Shown here piece by piece: positions 18,293-27,667 of a stretch of 64,000 nt of DNA. Both the position numbers and the translations under genes were made by a program. Source of the DNA: Thermodesulfobacteriota bacterium (GTDB taxonomy: Bacteria > Desulfobacterota > Desulfobacteria > Desulfobacterales > C00003060); NCBI GenBank assembly GCA_034189385.1, contig JAXHVD010000001.1:288001-352000 (forward strand). The letters run 5' to 3'. Position 1 is the stretch's first letter, and each line of letters begins with the position of its first letter. The notes beneath the pieces were generated by a model that ran no database searches, had not been told where the DNA came from, and saw nothing but the letters and a program-made list of their open reading frames with translations.

Positions 18293-18546
18293 AAGGAGAT
18301 GAAAAGGGTAGAATACAGAAATTCAGCAGTTTCGAAGAAGCCGATGATGCACTCTACTGCTTTGAGCCAGACCAGGAATACTTCGACAGGGTTGCTCGCC
18401 TTTGGAATTTCGTAGATAGGCTATACCCCAGAGACTATATGCGTGGTATATTTCGCTACCGTTCCATTGACGAGGCGAATAGACAAGCCGAAGAATGGCT
18501 TGAAGAGCATACCAAGCGCTTTCAGAAACAGCGCATGCGCAAATAA
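18289..18546 (+). CDS. Small partner protein of the nucleotidyltransferase (putative antitoxin-like)
   Basis: ATGA overlap with the upstream gene; KFSSFEEAD and RGIFRYRSIDEAN internal repeat. Confidence 0.6.
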   Translation: MKGDEKGRIQKFSSFEEADDALYCFEPDQEYFDRVARLWNFVDRLYPRDYMRGIFRYRSIDEANRQAEEWLEEHTKRFQKQRMRK

Positions 18547-18734
18547 GATCCCCACCATCCGGGAAATCGGCGTCGGAGAAACGTCGCCACACACAACACC
18601 AATCTTCGTTAGTCTGTGCCGGGCCCATTGAATTTGCATTGTTCAATTGGGGTTCGTCCGCGCCTAGACCAGGTGCCCTTGTGTAATCCTTGTCAAAACT
18701 TCAAAAAGCACTTGACCTCGGATTTCTTGCCATG

Positions 18735-18759
18735 TTATGAGTACTAAAAGTACTCATAA
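18735..18759. promoter_or_regulatory. Perfect 11-3-11 palindrome (TTATGAGTACT-AAA-AGTACTCATAA), probable autoregulatory operator
   Basis: Lies between a TTGACC -35-like hexamer (18712) and the RBS of the wHTH gene. Confidence 0.65.
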
Positions 18760-18770
18760 AGGAGTGCCAA

Positions 18771-19328
18771 TTGGAGACGCTATTTTCCGGGCTGATACCG
18801 TCCAAAACCCGAATTAAACTTCTTGTGCGCTTCTTTTTCAATCCCGAGCTGCGCTCGTATCTTAGGGAACTTGCCAACGAATTTGGCGTTTCCACCAACT
18901 CGGTTCGCAAAGAGCTCAACCAGCTTACCCGTACTAATCTGCTGAAATCAGAAAGAAATGGACGACAGGTCTTGTACACGGCCAATGAAGACCATCCGCT
19001 GTTCCCTGAACTCAGGTCCATGGTTACCAAGGTCATGGGCGTTGATCAGGTGGTAGATGGCATTGTGAATCAATTGGGGGACCTTGAGGTGGCCTATTTA
19101 ATCGGTGATTACGCGGAGGGAAAGGATACGGGGATCATAGACCTGGTGCTGGTGGGAAGGATTGACAAGGGTCATCTGAACTATTTGATAGAAAGAACAG
19201 AGCAGCACATGAAGCGGAAGATCCGCCCCTTGGTGCTGAATCGTCAAGAGTATGAGAAACTCCTTCCGGAGTTGAGGAAACGGCCTCAGGTATTGCTCTG
19301 GGGAAATAACAGAGATCAGGGTGACTGA
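18771..19328 (+). CDS. ArsR-like winged-HTH + nucleotidyltransferase-like regulator
   Basis: SKTRIKLL..FF.NP...YLRELA.EFGVSTNSVR.EL; C-terminal GDYA.G.D...IDLVLVG. Confidence 0.8.
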   Translation: METLFSGLIPSKTRIKLLVRFFFNPELRSYLRELANEFGVSTNSVRKELNQLTRTNLLKSERNGRQVLYTANEDHPLFPELRSMVTKVMGVDQVVDGIVNQLGDLEVAYLIGDYAEGKDTGIIDLVLVGRIDKGHLNYLIERTEQHMKRKIRPLVLNRQEYEKLLPELRKRPQVLLWGNNRDQGD

Positions 19329-19365
19329 CCACTCCATCGGTTGTCTTAAATACTTCAACCTGAAA

Positions 19366-19561
19366 GGGCTGTTGCCCAAATCCCTTTTCGCTTGGGCTAA
19401 AGCGTTTTTTGACAAATGTGGGGCTCGCTCTAGGCGATGTCAAAACTCTCCGCCGCGGCGGATCAAGCAGTTGACATCGCTAGTCTTCCACTTCGCCAAC
19501 ATTTGTTGGCAAAAAACGCCTTAATGCCCGCTCAAAGGAATTCTTGTTTGGGCAACAGCCC
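19366..19561. mobile_element. MITE, 196 bp, with perfect 15-bp terminal inverted repeats GGGCTGTTGCCCAAA
   Basis: 19366-19380 is the exact reverse complement of 19547-19561; no transposase inside. Confidence 0.75.
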
Positions 19562-19920
19562 GTGAAGAATTGACTCTTGGGTCAGGGTTGACCGGCGAGG
19601 GGTGAAGCGCTGACCTTGCGACTTACGCGTAGCGTTGCAGATTGAGTTGAATCGCGGTCTCAGCGATTCGAGTCAGTACTTGGTGGTCTCAGCGAGCTCT
19701 GTGAGAGACAGTAGTTGACTTGGTTATGTCTTCTGTAACCCAGGGGGCGGAGCTGGTAAGTTATAACCAAAAGTCTTGAACTGTTGAGCCTTTGCACAAT
19801 CTATTTTCGCTCGTTCCTACAAGCTTTTTGACCCAGCCCACGGGCTCACCCACTAAATCGCAGAAACCCTCCGCCTCAGGCGGATCAAACAGTTTAGGAT
19901 ATACCCACTGACGTGGGCCT

Positions 19921-19977
19921 TTCATCCCGACGGAGCCGGGAATGGCTACCCCAAATACTCCACAATAACCGTTCGAA
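19921..19977 (+). repeat. Dispersed hairpin repeat, copy B
   Basis: catcccgacggagccgggaatggctaccccaaatactccacaataaccgttcgaa matches copy A. Confidence 0.75.
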
Positions 19978-20053
19978 ACAGTTATTCAAAGATCTCCAAT
20001 CCCTGACGCTTTTTTCAAAACGAATTGCACAAGAGCAAGAGCCTCTGGGTAGT

Positions 20054-20797
20054 ATGAAAAAAACATCGCTGTCCGTGCTGGTGCCTGCCTATAACGAAGA
20101 GCGATTTGTAGAAAGAAGCCTGTATAGGTTGTTGGTGCTGGAGGAAAGTCCCTACCTTGAAAAGGTTCAGGTCATCGTTGTGAACGATTGCTCAACTGAC
20201 AATACTTCAGAGATACTTGACAGGCTTTCCTCGGAACTTCCACTGAAGAGTGAAGTGGTGCAGTGGAAATTCATCAATCACGAAAAAAACATGGGAAAAG
20301 GCGTGGCCGTTCAGACGGCATTGCAGGCAGCCGTCTGCGAAATAGCGGTGGTCCATGATGCTGATCTCGAATACCATCCGAAAGATATTATCAGAATGAT
20401 TCCCCTGTTTGTTGAAGAGGGTGCCGACGCCGTTTATGGATCAAGATTTGCGCCGCACGAGTACCGGCGAGTCCTCTTCTACAGGCACGAACTTGGAAAC
20501 AGATTCCTGACGTTCCTGTCCAATCTTATTTCGAACCTGAATCTGACGGACATAGAAACCTGCTATAAGGCCGTGAGAACCGCATTACTGAAGAGCATTC
20601 CTCTTAGAAGCAAGGACTACAGGATTGAGCCGGAGATAACGATGAAGCTGGCAAAAAGAAATGCAGAGATTTTCGAAATCCCGATTAACTATTCTGGAAG
20701 GACGTATCAGGAAGGGAAAAAGATCGGCTGGAGAGACGGGTTTAAGGCTATTTGGGCCATACTGCGGTTTGGTTTTTCAGATGACATCGGCCCGTGA
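20054..20797 (+). CDS. Glycosyltransferase family 2 (DPM1-like)
   Basis: SVLVPAYNEE, VNDCSTD, NMGKG, HDADLEY, TDIETCYK, GRTYQEGKKIGWRDG; start taken at ATG 20054 because the longer ORF begins in the repeat. Confidence 0.85.
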   Translation: MKKTSLSVLVPAYNEERFVERSLYRLLVLEESPYLEKVQVIVVNDCSTDNTSEILDRLSSELPLKSEVVQWKFINHEKNMGKGVAVQTALQAAVCEIAVVHDADLEYHPKDIIRMIPLFVEEGADAVYGSRFAPHEYRRVLFYRHELGNRFLTFLSNLISNLNLTDIETCYKAVRTALLKSIPLRSKDYRIEPEITMKLAKRNAEIFEIPINYSGRTYQEGKKIGWRDGFKAIWAILRFGFSDDIGP

Positions 20798-20955
20798 GAC
20801 ACGTATATGGGCAGAATCTGAAGAAGGGAGATAAGTACTGTATATGCTTATGCCGGATCGTGTAGTCAAGATCATCTTGAGAGACCTTTATTCCAAAACT
20901 CCCCTTAGAAAAAACCAAGGCTCTCAGTATACTATGCCAGTTTCCAAATGCTGTT

Positions 20956-21792
20956 ATGTTTATGAACCAAAACGCCCCCATAACCATTATTGAGCCGTCC
21001 CGAGGCTGTATAAGCCTTAAGCTCCAGGATATCTGGGAGTATCGGGAGCTCCTGTATTTTCTAGTCTGGCGAGATATCAAAGTAAGGTATAAGCAAACGG
21101 CACTGGGAGCTGCGTGGGCAGTCATTCAGCCCTTTTTCACCATGGTTGTATTCAGCCTTTTCTTTGGGAGGCTGGCCAAAGTCCCGTCCGATGGCATCCC
21201 TTACCCCATTTTTAGTTATGCTGCCTTGGTGCCTTGGACATTTTTTGCTCAAGGCCTAGCCCAGTCTTCCAACAGCTTGGTGGGCAGTGCTCATCTCATC
21301 AGCAAGGTATACTTCCCCCGACTCGTAATCCCGATCTCCAGCATCCTGTCCGGCTTGGTAGATTTTGTCGTTGCGTTTATTATGCTGGTGGTGATGATGT
21401 TTTACTACAGGCTGTATCCTACTGCTGCCATCATCTTCTTGCCTGGTCTACTCCTCCTCGCCCTGATCACAGCCCTAGGGGTTGGCCTGTGGCTCTCTGC
21501 TATAAATGTGAAATACCGAGACGTGCGGTACACGGTTGGGTTCATCAGCCAATTCTGGCTCTTTGCGACACCTATTGCCTACCCGAGCAGCCTGCTTTCT
21601 GAACCATGGAGAACACTATACGCGATTAATCCGATGGTAGGTGTGGTAGAAGGCTTCCGTTGGGCCCTACTGGGCACCCAAACAGCACCTGGGCCAATGG
21701 TGGCCGTCTCCTCTCTCGTGGCCATTGTTCTCCTAATCAGCGGCGCCTTTTATTTTCGGAGGATGGAGAAAACATTTGCAGATATAGTTTAA
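20956..21792 (+). CDS. wzm: ABC-2 polysaccharide export permease
   Basis: RDIKVRYKQT.LG..WA..QP, LISKVYFPR, YRDV, NPM. Confidence 0.92.
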   Translation: MFMNQNAPITIIEPSRGCISLKLQDIWEYRELLYFLVWRDIKVRYKQTALGAAWAVIQPFFTMVVFSLFFGRLAKVPSDGIPYPIFSYAALVPWTFFAQGLAQSSNSLVGSAHLISKVYFPRLVIPISSILSGLVDFVVAFIMLVVMMFYYRLYPTAAIIFLPGLLLLALITALGVGLWLSAINVKYRDVRYTVGFISQFWLFATPIAYPSSLLSEPWRTLYAINPMVGVVEGFRWALLGTQTAPGPMVAVSSLVAIVLLISGAFYFRRMEKTFADIV

Positions 21793-21794
21793 GA

Positions 21795-22295
21795 GACGGC
21801 GGACTAACGACCGCAGACCGCAGAGAAAGAACTTAACCGCGGACCGCTGATGGCTGATCAATGGCAGCTTATTTAAGATATCAAGTACTTCTAGATGGGT
21901 TATAAATTCGAAAAATTAGAGATTTGGGAACTGGCGTTAGCATATATCGATCTTTTTTATCAGATTGCTGAAAAACTACCCCAGATCGAAAAGCGTAATT
22001 TAGGATCAAAGGCCCTGCGCGCTCCTACTTCAATTGCCTTGAACACTGCCGAGGGATCGACGGGTCAAAGCAATGCAGAACAAAATCGATTTATAGGCAT
22101 TGCAATCCGATCTCTGGTTGAAACAGTTGCTTGTCTCCATCTGATGAAACGAAGGAACTACATCGACAAAAGATATGTTTCAACGGTCCTGTTTCTTGAG
22201 CGAGCAGCTTTTTGGAAAACTTCAGGCTGTTAGAAACCACTTGAAATCCACAGCGGCTCCATAAACAGCGGTCTGCTGTCCGTTGTCAGCTGTCA
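21795..22295. mobile_element. Four-helix-bundle cassette 3 bounded by inverted GACCGCA-type heptamer arrays, inserted between wzm and wzt
   Basis: Left arm gacggcggactaacgaccgcagaccgcag...ccgcggaccgctg; right arm cagcggtctgctgtccgttgtcagctgtc. Confidence 0.6.
21895..22264 (+). pseudogene. Four helix bundle protein, frameshifted
   Basis: YKFEKLEIW...SIALNTAEGS.GQSNAEQ.RF; the last helix (SEQLFGKLQAVRNHLK) continues in the +1 frame after the A-run near 22168, ending at TAA 22262-22264. Confidence 0.7.
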
Positions 22296-22297
22296 CT

Positions 22298-23608
22298 ATG
22301 AGTGATCTCGCCATCAAAGTCCAAAACCTTTCCAAGCAATACCAGCTAGGGGAACATCAACAGGCGTATTACAAGACTCTTCGAGAATCGATCATGGGCA
22401 CTCTAACCGCTCCATTTCGCCACCTGAAAAGTATACGGTTCTCACATGGCCTTGAGCCTTCAGCCTTGAGCCTTGAGCCGTCGAATGACTTCATTTGGGC
22501 CCTCGAGGACGTCTCCTTTGAAATCAAGCGCGGTGAAGTTGTAGGCATCATCGGCCGAAATGGGGCTGGCAAGACCACTCTGCTTAAGATCCTGTCACGC
22601 ATTACGGAACCAACGGAGGGCAGGGCTGAAATACACGGCCGGGTGGGCTCGCTGCTTGAAGTGGGCACTGGGTTTCACCCGGAACTGACGGGGCGAGAGA
22701 ATATTTTCTTAAACGGGGCTATCCTGGGCATGAGAAAGGCAGAGATTGAAGGCAAATTTGATAAGATCGTAGCCTTTGCTGAAATAGAGAAATTTATTGA
22801 CACCCCAGTCAAACGTTACTCCAGCGGCATGTATGTTCGGCTGGCGTTCTCCGTCGCAGCGCACCTGGAGCCTGAGATTTTGCTTGTCGATGAGGTGTTG
22901 GCAGTGGGAGATGCTGCATTTCAAAAAAAGTGCCTTGGCAAAATGGGGGACGTTGCCAAAGAGGGGCTCACGGTGTTGTTTGTGAGTCACAACATGGCTG
23001 CGATAGAAGGCCTTTGTCATTCAGCTTACCTGTTGGACCAGGGCCACATTATGGCCACTGGAAATGCCCATGAGGTTGTCGAAGTCTATATATCTTCCCT
23101 GAGACTGCTGGACGATCAGCCTCTGTGTGAAAGATCGGATCGTCAGGGAGATGGAAGGTTGAGATTCACCGACATGCAATTCCTTGGGGTGGATGGGGCA
23201 CCAATTGACATAATTCAGTGTGGGCAACATTTGAGAATCTGCATTGGATACAGTAGTGACATCGATGCATTACAAAACGTTGTGCTATCCATCGGTCTTT
23301 ATACAATGAGAGGACAGTGTATGCTCATATTGAATAACGAGATGGTTGGTAGTGAATTCAATTTCATTCCTCCTGCCGGCCAGTTTTGGTGCTCAGTCGA
23401 CCGTTTTCCCCTAGCGCCGGGCCATTACTATTTGAACCTTTTCTGTGAAGTGAATGGAGTCATCGTGGACTGGGTCCAACAAGCGGCCCATCTAACGGTG
23501 GAAGCGGGTGATTTCTACGGGACAGGTAAGCTGCCACCCCCAGGGCACGGAGGCCTACTGATTCCACATCGCTGGCAGGTAAGAGGGGAAAAGTTTAGAG
23601 AGGTCTAG
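22298..23608 (+). CDS. wzt: ABC polysaccharide export ATPase with C-terminal Wzt carbohydrate-binding domain
   Basis: GRNGAGKTT, YSSGMYVRLAF, LLVDEVLAVGD, VSH; C-terminal Wzt_C-like extension. Confidence 0.92.
   Translation: MSDLAIKVQNLSKQYQLGEHQQAYYKTLRESIMGTLTAPFRHLKSIRFSHGLEPSALSLEPSNDFIWALEDVSFEIKRGEVVGIIGRNGAGKTTLLKILSRITEPTEGRAEIHGRVGSLLEVGTGFHPELTGRENIFLNGAILGMRKAEIEGKFDKIVAFAEIEKFIDTPVKRYSSGMYVRLAFSVAAHLEPEILLVDEVLAVGDAAFQKKCLGKMGDVAKEGLTVLFVSHNMAAIEGLCHSAYLLDQGHIMATGNAHEVVEVYISSLRLLDDQPLCERSDRQGDGRLRFTDMQFLGVDGAPIDIIQCGQHLRICIGYSSDIDALQNVVLSIGLYTMRGQCMLILNNEMVGSEFNFIPPAGQFWCSVDRFPLAPGHYYLNLFCEVNGVIVDWVQQAAHLTVEAGDFYGTGKLPPPGHGGLLIPHRWQVRGEKFREV
22451..22478 (-). repeat. Heptamer array (CTTGAGC CTTCAGC CTTGAGC CTTGAGC) inside the wzt coding sequence
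   Basis: Same family as the arms of cassette 2; translated as LEPSALSLEP in the variable N-terminal loop. Confidence 0.75.
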
Positions 23609-24318
23609 TGAAACTCAAGGAGCTTCTATTGTACCTTGTGGTTGCTTTTGGTCGACGTATGCCGCGCTTGTTGCGGTTTCTGCCGCTTCGTGCTGACATG
23701 ATCACCAGATTAAACTCGAAAGAGGCGTATGACCTCCTTTATGCACAAGATGATATGCTCGACCAATATCTCTCACCTGGACGGCTAAGCTTTTATGAAG
23801 AGGTAGCCAACCATTGCTCGGAGGTGTTAGTTACTACTTATCCGGTCAGCACAGTGCGCGTAGTAGATCTGGGTTGCGGAACTGGCCACTTGCTGTTTTA
23901 TCTGTGGAAGTGCCTTGGGCGCAGTCCGCACGTAGAGTTTTGGGGGGTTGACCATGCTCCTGCAGCGATTGAGAGAGGTAAAGAACTGATGCCTCAGGCA
24001 AAGCTGATCATAGGTGACATTTACAATACCAACCTCTACTCGAATTATTTTGATTTGGTACTGTGCACGGAAACTCTGGAGCACTTACAATTTCCAGAAA
24101 GAGCCGTCAAAGAAATGGATCGGATTTGCAGGCCTTGCGGAAAGACCGTTATTACAGTTCCTGACGGAGCGAAAGATAAATGGGCGGGTCACGTGAACTT
24201 CTGGACAGAGTCGGATCTTTGGGAGTTTTTGAAGCCATTTGGAGTGCGGGAAATTTTGCCGCTGGACAATGAGATGGTTTTTGGCGCTGTCTTGTCAAAA
24301 GATCGTGAAGTGATATGA
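23608..24318 (+). CDS. Class I SAM-dependent methyltransferase
   Basis: VVDLGCGTG, GVD, FDLVLCTETLEH, ITVP. Confidence 0.85.
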   Translation: MKLKELLLYLVVAFGRRMPRLLRFLPLRADMITRLNSKEAYDLLYAQDDMLDQYLSPGRLSFYEEVANHCSEVLVTTYPVSTVRVVDLGCGTGHLLFYLWKCLGRSPHVEFWGVDHAPAAIERGKELMPQAKLIIGDIYNTNLYSNYFDLVLCTETLEHLQFPERAVKEMDRICRPCGKTVITVPDGAKDKWAGHVNFWTESDLWEFLKPFGVREILPLDNEMVFGAVLSKDREVI

Positions 24319-24464
24319 CTTATCGATTTTTTTACAGTTCGGTTTGGACCTACAAAATCGGTTGGAGCGAACCTCAGGCGACATGGATCAAGACTGCCTC
24401 GGGTGCTGTGCTATACGGAGGGGCGTTTGGACGAACTGCCCGATAAAATCTTTACGCAAGAGCT

Positions 24465-27257
24465 ATGAGCCTCAAAACTGTAAAGGATAGGGACTTGAAT
24501 CGTAGCGATGTCAAGAACCCGGACGGAGGTGAGGTGTTGCCCAATGCGAGATTTTACCCCCGGGTCACGTTTGGTATCATCGTCCTCAACGGGGAACCGT
24601 TTTTGCAGTACAATCTGCGGGCCCTTTATCCATTTGCTCATCAGATTATTGTGGTGGAGGGTGCTTGTGTAGCAGCCGCTTCTCTAGCCACTTCAGACGG
24701 ACACTCAACGGATGGCACTTTAGAGAAACTCTGGGTATTTAAAGAAAAGGAAGATCCAGACAACAAACTTGTTATCGTTACGGCTGAAAATGAAGGTAGA
24801 CGGGATGGTTTTTGGAGCGAAAAGGATGAGATGTCCCAAGCCTATGCCCGGAGGGCTACTGGGGATTGGCTTTGGCAGGTAGACTATGATGAATTCTACT
24901 TGGAAAATGATATGGTTATAGTCTTGGAGATGTTACAATCAGACCCAGGCATAACAGCTGTGTCTTTTCCATATAAACAATTTTGGGGAGGATTTGACTA
25001 TTTGGAGACCGGCCAGTGGTTTATCTATGATCACCCGTGCTTCCATCGACTGTTCCGTTGGAGTCCAGGTTACCAGTACGTGAAGCATCGCCCTCCTACG
25101 GTAGTGGATGAAAGGGGGCGCGATTTGCGCACTCTAAAGTGGGTGTCCCATAAGCAAATGCGAGAGATGGGGATTTACCTTTATCACTATTCGTATGTTC
25201 TGCCGAAGCAGGCCCGGCAGAAAGTGGGATACTACACCCATGTGACTTGGTCTGATCATTATCGAGACAATGAGCGCTGGTTGAAGGAGGGTTATTATGG
25301 GCTTACCGACCCATATTTCATTGGTGAGGGCGGCCGGCGTATGCCACAATGGTTAGAACGCTATCGTGGTCCGCACCCAGCTGAGATTGTCAAGATGCGG
25401 GAAGATCTGCATACGGGCCAGGCCAAAGAGCCTCTACGCCCCCTCGAAGACATCGAGAAGCTATTGAGCTCCCCTCGGTATGCATTGGGACGGTGGGTTT
25501 TGCGAGCCTATCTATTTGTATTGTGGAACGCGAGACAGGTAGCGAGACGACTGAGAAGATTTCTAGCGCCTTTACTACACCCCGTATCTGGTTGGGTAGC
25601 GGAGAGCCCGTCAAGAAGGGATCCTCGCTTGATCTGGTACCAGATTCTTACCAAAGGGTTCAGGAAGGCAGTAATAGCACGCTACGATGCTATGTTCTAC
25701 GAGGCGCATGACGAGCTCAAGCCGGGCTATGCTAAATTGGCAGACCATATATATGATTGGGCCAAACCACGTTCAGCTTGTGATCTGGGATGCGGTAACG
25801 GGTTTCTGCTGTATTTCCTGGCTCAGAGAGGGGTGGAGGTTTTTGGAGTTGACGGGTCGCCTGATGTGTTAGACTTTGTTGATCAAAGCCTTCATGGGCG
25901 AGTTGCCGTTGCTAGCTTGACTTCCCGACAAGACTTCGGTGTGAACGATTTAGCTATTTCCACCGAGGTTGCGGAGCACCTTCCCAAGCGAGCCTCACGA
26001 GCCTTTGTTGACAACATAGTCCGCAGTGCTCGCAAGCATATTGTCTTTGCCGCTGCTCGTCCGGGCCAATGGGGCGATGGGCATATCAATTGTCAACCAC
26101 GAGGGTTCTGGATTAAGCTATTCATGGAACGAGGTTGGGTCTATGATCACCAGGCTACTGAAGCGTTTGTAAGCAAAGTGAATAACACGTCGGAAATTGT
26201 AAAAACATTACCATGGATGCTTGACAACTTTATGCTGTTTGGGCGGAGATGTACTTCTCCGTACAACGGTCAGCAACAAAGAAAGCCTGCCGTGGATCGG
26301 TTTCATATAGTTGTGTCAAACTATAAGCGTATTTCATGCTTTGTTGACAACTTCCGCCGGATTCAAGGCTTCGACAGGCGGCGCGACCGGGTGATTATAT
26401 TTGACTGCTCGCCAGATCCAGACTGGCAGGAGCAGTTGGCCATTGCAGAAAGTCTGACTTTTCTTGGACTACGATGGGGAGAAAATCTCTATTTCATCCG
26501 GCGGAGGAACTGGAATGTGAACCACGGGGCGCAACTGGATTACTTCCGATGTCTGATAGACCAAAGTATTCCGAAACCCGAATATGCTGCGTTCATGCAA
26601 GACCACTATCTGGACTTGAAGCGCTTCGTAAAAGAGGACACGATTCCTGAGAATGCAGTGTATGATTTGGATCAAGTAGAGGCTAAGTTCCGATCCGACC
26701 CCGATATCGGCTGTGCTTTTTTCAGCCGGTATGGCATTCGAGTTAGCACTTCCAGCCCTATATCGGATAAGGACTTCTGGGGCGACGGTGCGGAGCTGAT
26801 CCCTGGTGCGAAACGCAGATGGTTTCTCGTTGACGGTGGCAACTTTATCGTTCGTCCGCAATTATACCTGAATTGGTTCAAGGCACACCCACATAGGCTC
26901 ACACAGGGTTTCTATGTGCAGAACTGTTGGGAAGTCCGCCTGGGCAAGATTCTGTGTGATCAAGGAATTAAGTGGGCTGACATGTACCGAAATATCGAGT
27001 ATTCTACTATCGAGGACCTTGATGCCATCGAGGCATCGCGAGGAGAGAAGGTTTCGATGCTGTGGTATGACAATCGCGTATGGTTTTTCTTCGGTGGTCG
27101 TGACATGCAATCTTACCCACCTAAGCCTCTGATTCCGATATTGCGGTATTTTATGAGATACATTCGGGACTGGATCTTTCACTCAAGGGACAAACGGCTT
27201 AGGTTTGTGTGGCCTTCAGATTTAGAGTTTAATCCAGCCGAGGAGGTGAGATTATGA
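24465..27257 (+). CDS. Tri-domain protein: GT2-like, SAM methyltransferase, unknown GT-A-like C-terminal domain
   Basis: GIIVLNGE...SxDGT...WQVDYDEFY; DLGCGNG...STEVAEHL...GHINCQ; third domain IFDCS...NHGAQLDY...FMQDH. Confidence 0.7.
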   Translation: MSLKTVKDRDLNRSDVKNPDGGEVLPNARFYPRVTFGIIVLNGEPFLQYNLRALYPFAHQIIVVEGACVAAASLATSDGHSTDGTLEKLWVFKEKEDPDNKLVIVTAENEGRRDGFWSEKDEMSQAYARRATGDWLWQVDYDEFYLENDMVIVLEMLQSDPGITAVSFPYKQFWGGFDYLETGQWFIYDHPCFHRLFRWSPGYQYVKHRPPTVVDERGRDLRTLKWVSHKQMREMGIYLYHYSYVLPKQARQKVGYYTHVTWSDHYRDNERWLKEGYYGLTDPYFIGEGGRRMPQWLERYRGPHPAEIVKMREDLHTGQAKEPLRPLEDIEKLLSSPRYALGRWVLRAYLFVLWNARQVARRLRRFLAPLLHPVSGWVAESPSRRDPRLIWYQILTKGFRKAVIARYDAMFYEAHDELKPGYAKLADHIYDWAKPRSACDLGCGNGFLLYFLAQRGVEVFGVDGSPDVLDFVDQSLHGRVAVASLTSRQDFGVNDLAISTEVAEHLPKRASRAFVDNIVRSARKHIVFAAARPGQWGDGHINCQPRGFWIKLFMERGWVYDHQATEAFVSKVNNTSEIVKTLPWMLDNFMLFGRRCTSPYNGQQQRKPAVDRFHIVVSNYKRISCFVDNFRRIQGFDRRRDRVIIFDCSPDPDWQEQLAIAESLTFLGLRWGENLYFIRRRNWNVNHGAQLDYFRCLIDQSIPKPEYAAFMQDHYLDLKRFVKEDTIPENAVYDLDQVEAKFRSDPDIGCAFFSRYGIRVSTSSPISDKDFWGDGAELIPGAKRRWFLVDGGNFIVRPQLYLNWFKAHPHRLTQGFYVQNCWEVRLGKILCDQGIKWADMYRNIEYSTIEDLDAIEASRGEKVSMLWYDNRVWFFFGGRDMQSYPPKPLIPILRYFMRYIRDWIFHSRDKRLRFVWPSDLEFNPAEEVRL

Positions 27258-27667
27258 ATGTGGAATCTGTCGACTACGATGGAATCAAATATGCCGAGAT
27301 CATATGGGCCGGCACTCAGGTGGACGAAACCACTTTCTTTTCGCCTCCTGAGTCTTCCTTTCAGTTTGGATTACTGGCGCACAAGGCGGGTTTTGTCGAA
27401 CCCGCTCACTATCATAAACCCATTACGCGCACGATCAAAGACCTCCAACAGATGTTTGTTGTCCAGCGTGGGGTTGTTGCGGTTCAATTGTATACCGATG
27501 ACGGCAACCTTTTACGTGAGATCGTGATGCAGCCTGGCGATGCGATTGTCTTGATTCATGGGGTACATGCTATTCGCGTTATTGAGGATATGCAGTGCAT
27601 TAGCGTCAAACAGGGGCCGTTCATGGGAACTAAAAACGACAAAATACTCGTTGAGGTCAAGAAATGA
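27254..27667 (+). CDS. Cupin-fold protein (sugar-nucleotide cluster associated)
   Basis: PAHYH, GVHAI, VKQGP motifs; translationally coupled to its neighbours. Confidence 0.7.
   Translation: MNVESVDYDGIKYAEIIWAGTQVDETTFFSPPESSFQFGLLAHKAGFVEPAHYHKPITRTIKDLQQMFVVQRGVVAVQLYTDDGNLLREIVMQPGDAIVLIHGVHAIRVIEDMQCISVKQGPFMGTKNDKILVEVKK

Noticed and set aside
19913..20053. N-terminal extension of the GT2 ORF
   Set aside because: It is translated from the dispersed repeat; family similarity starts at ATG 20054
20780..20950. Remnant of a methyltransferase domain once fused to the GT2
   Set aside because: Only a faint few-residue resemblance; not supportable without an alignment
4811..22478. CRISPR array suggested by the short repeats
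   Set aside because: Units are 7-bp tandem or dispersed repeats with no repeat-spacer periodicity, and there are no cas genes
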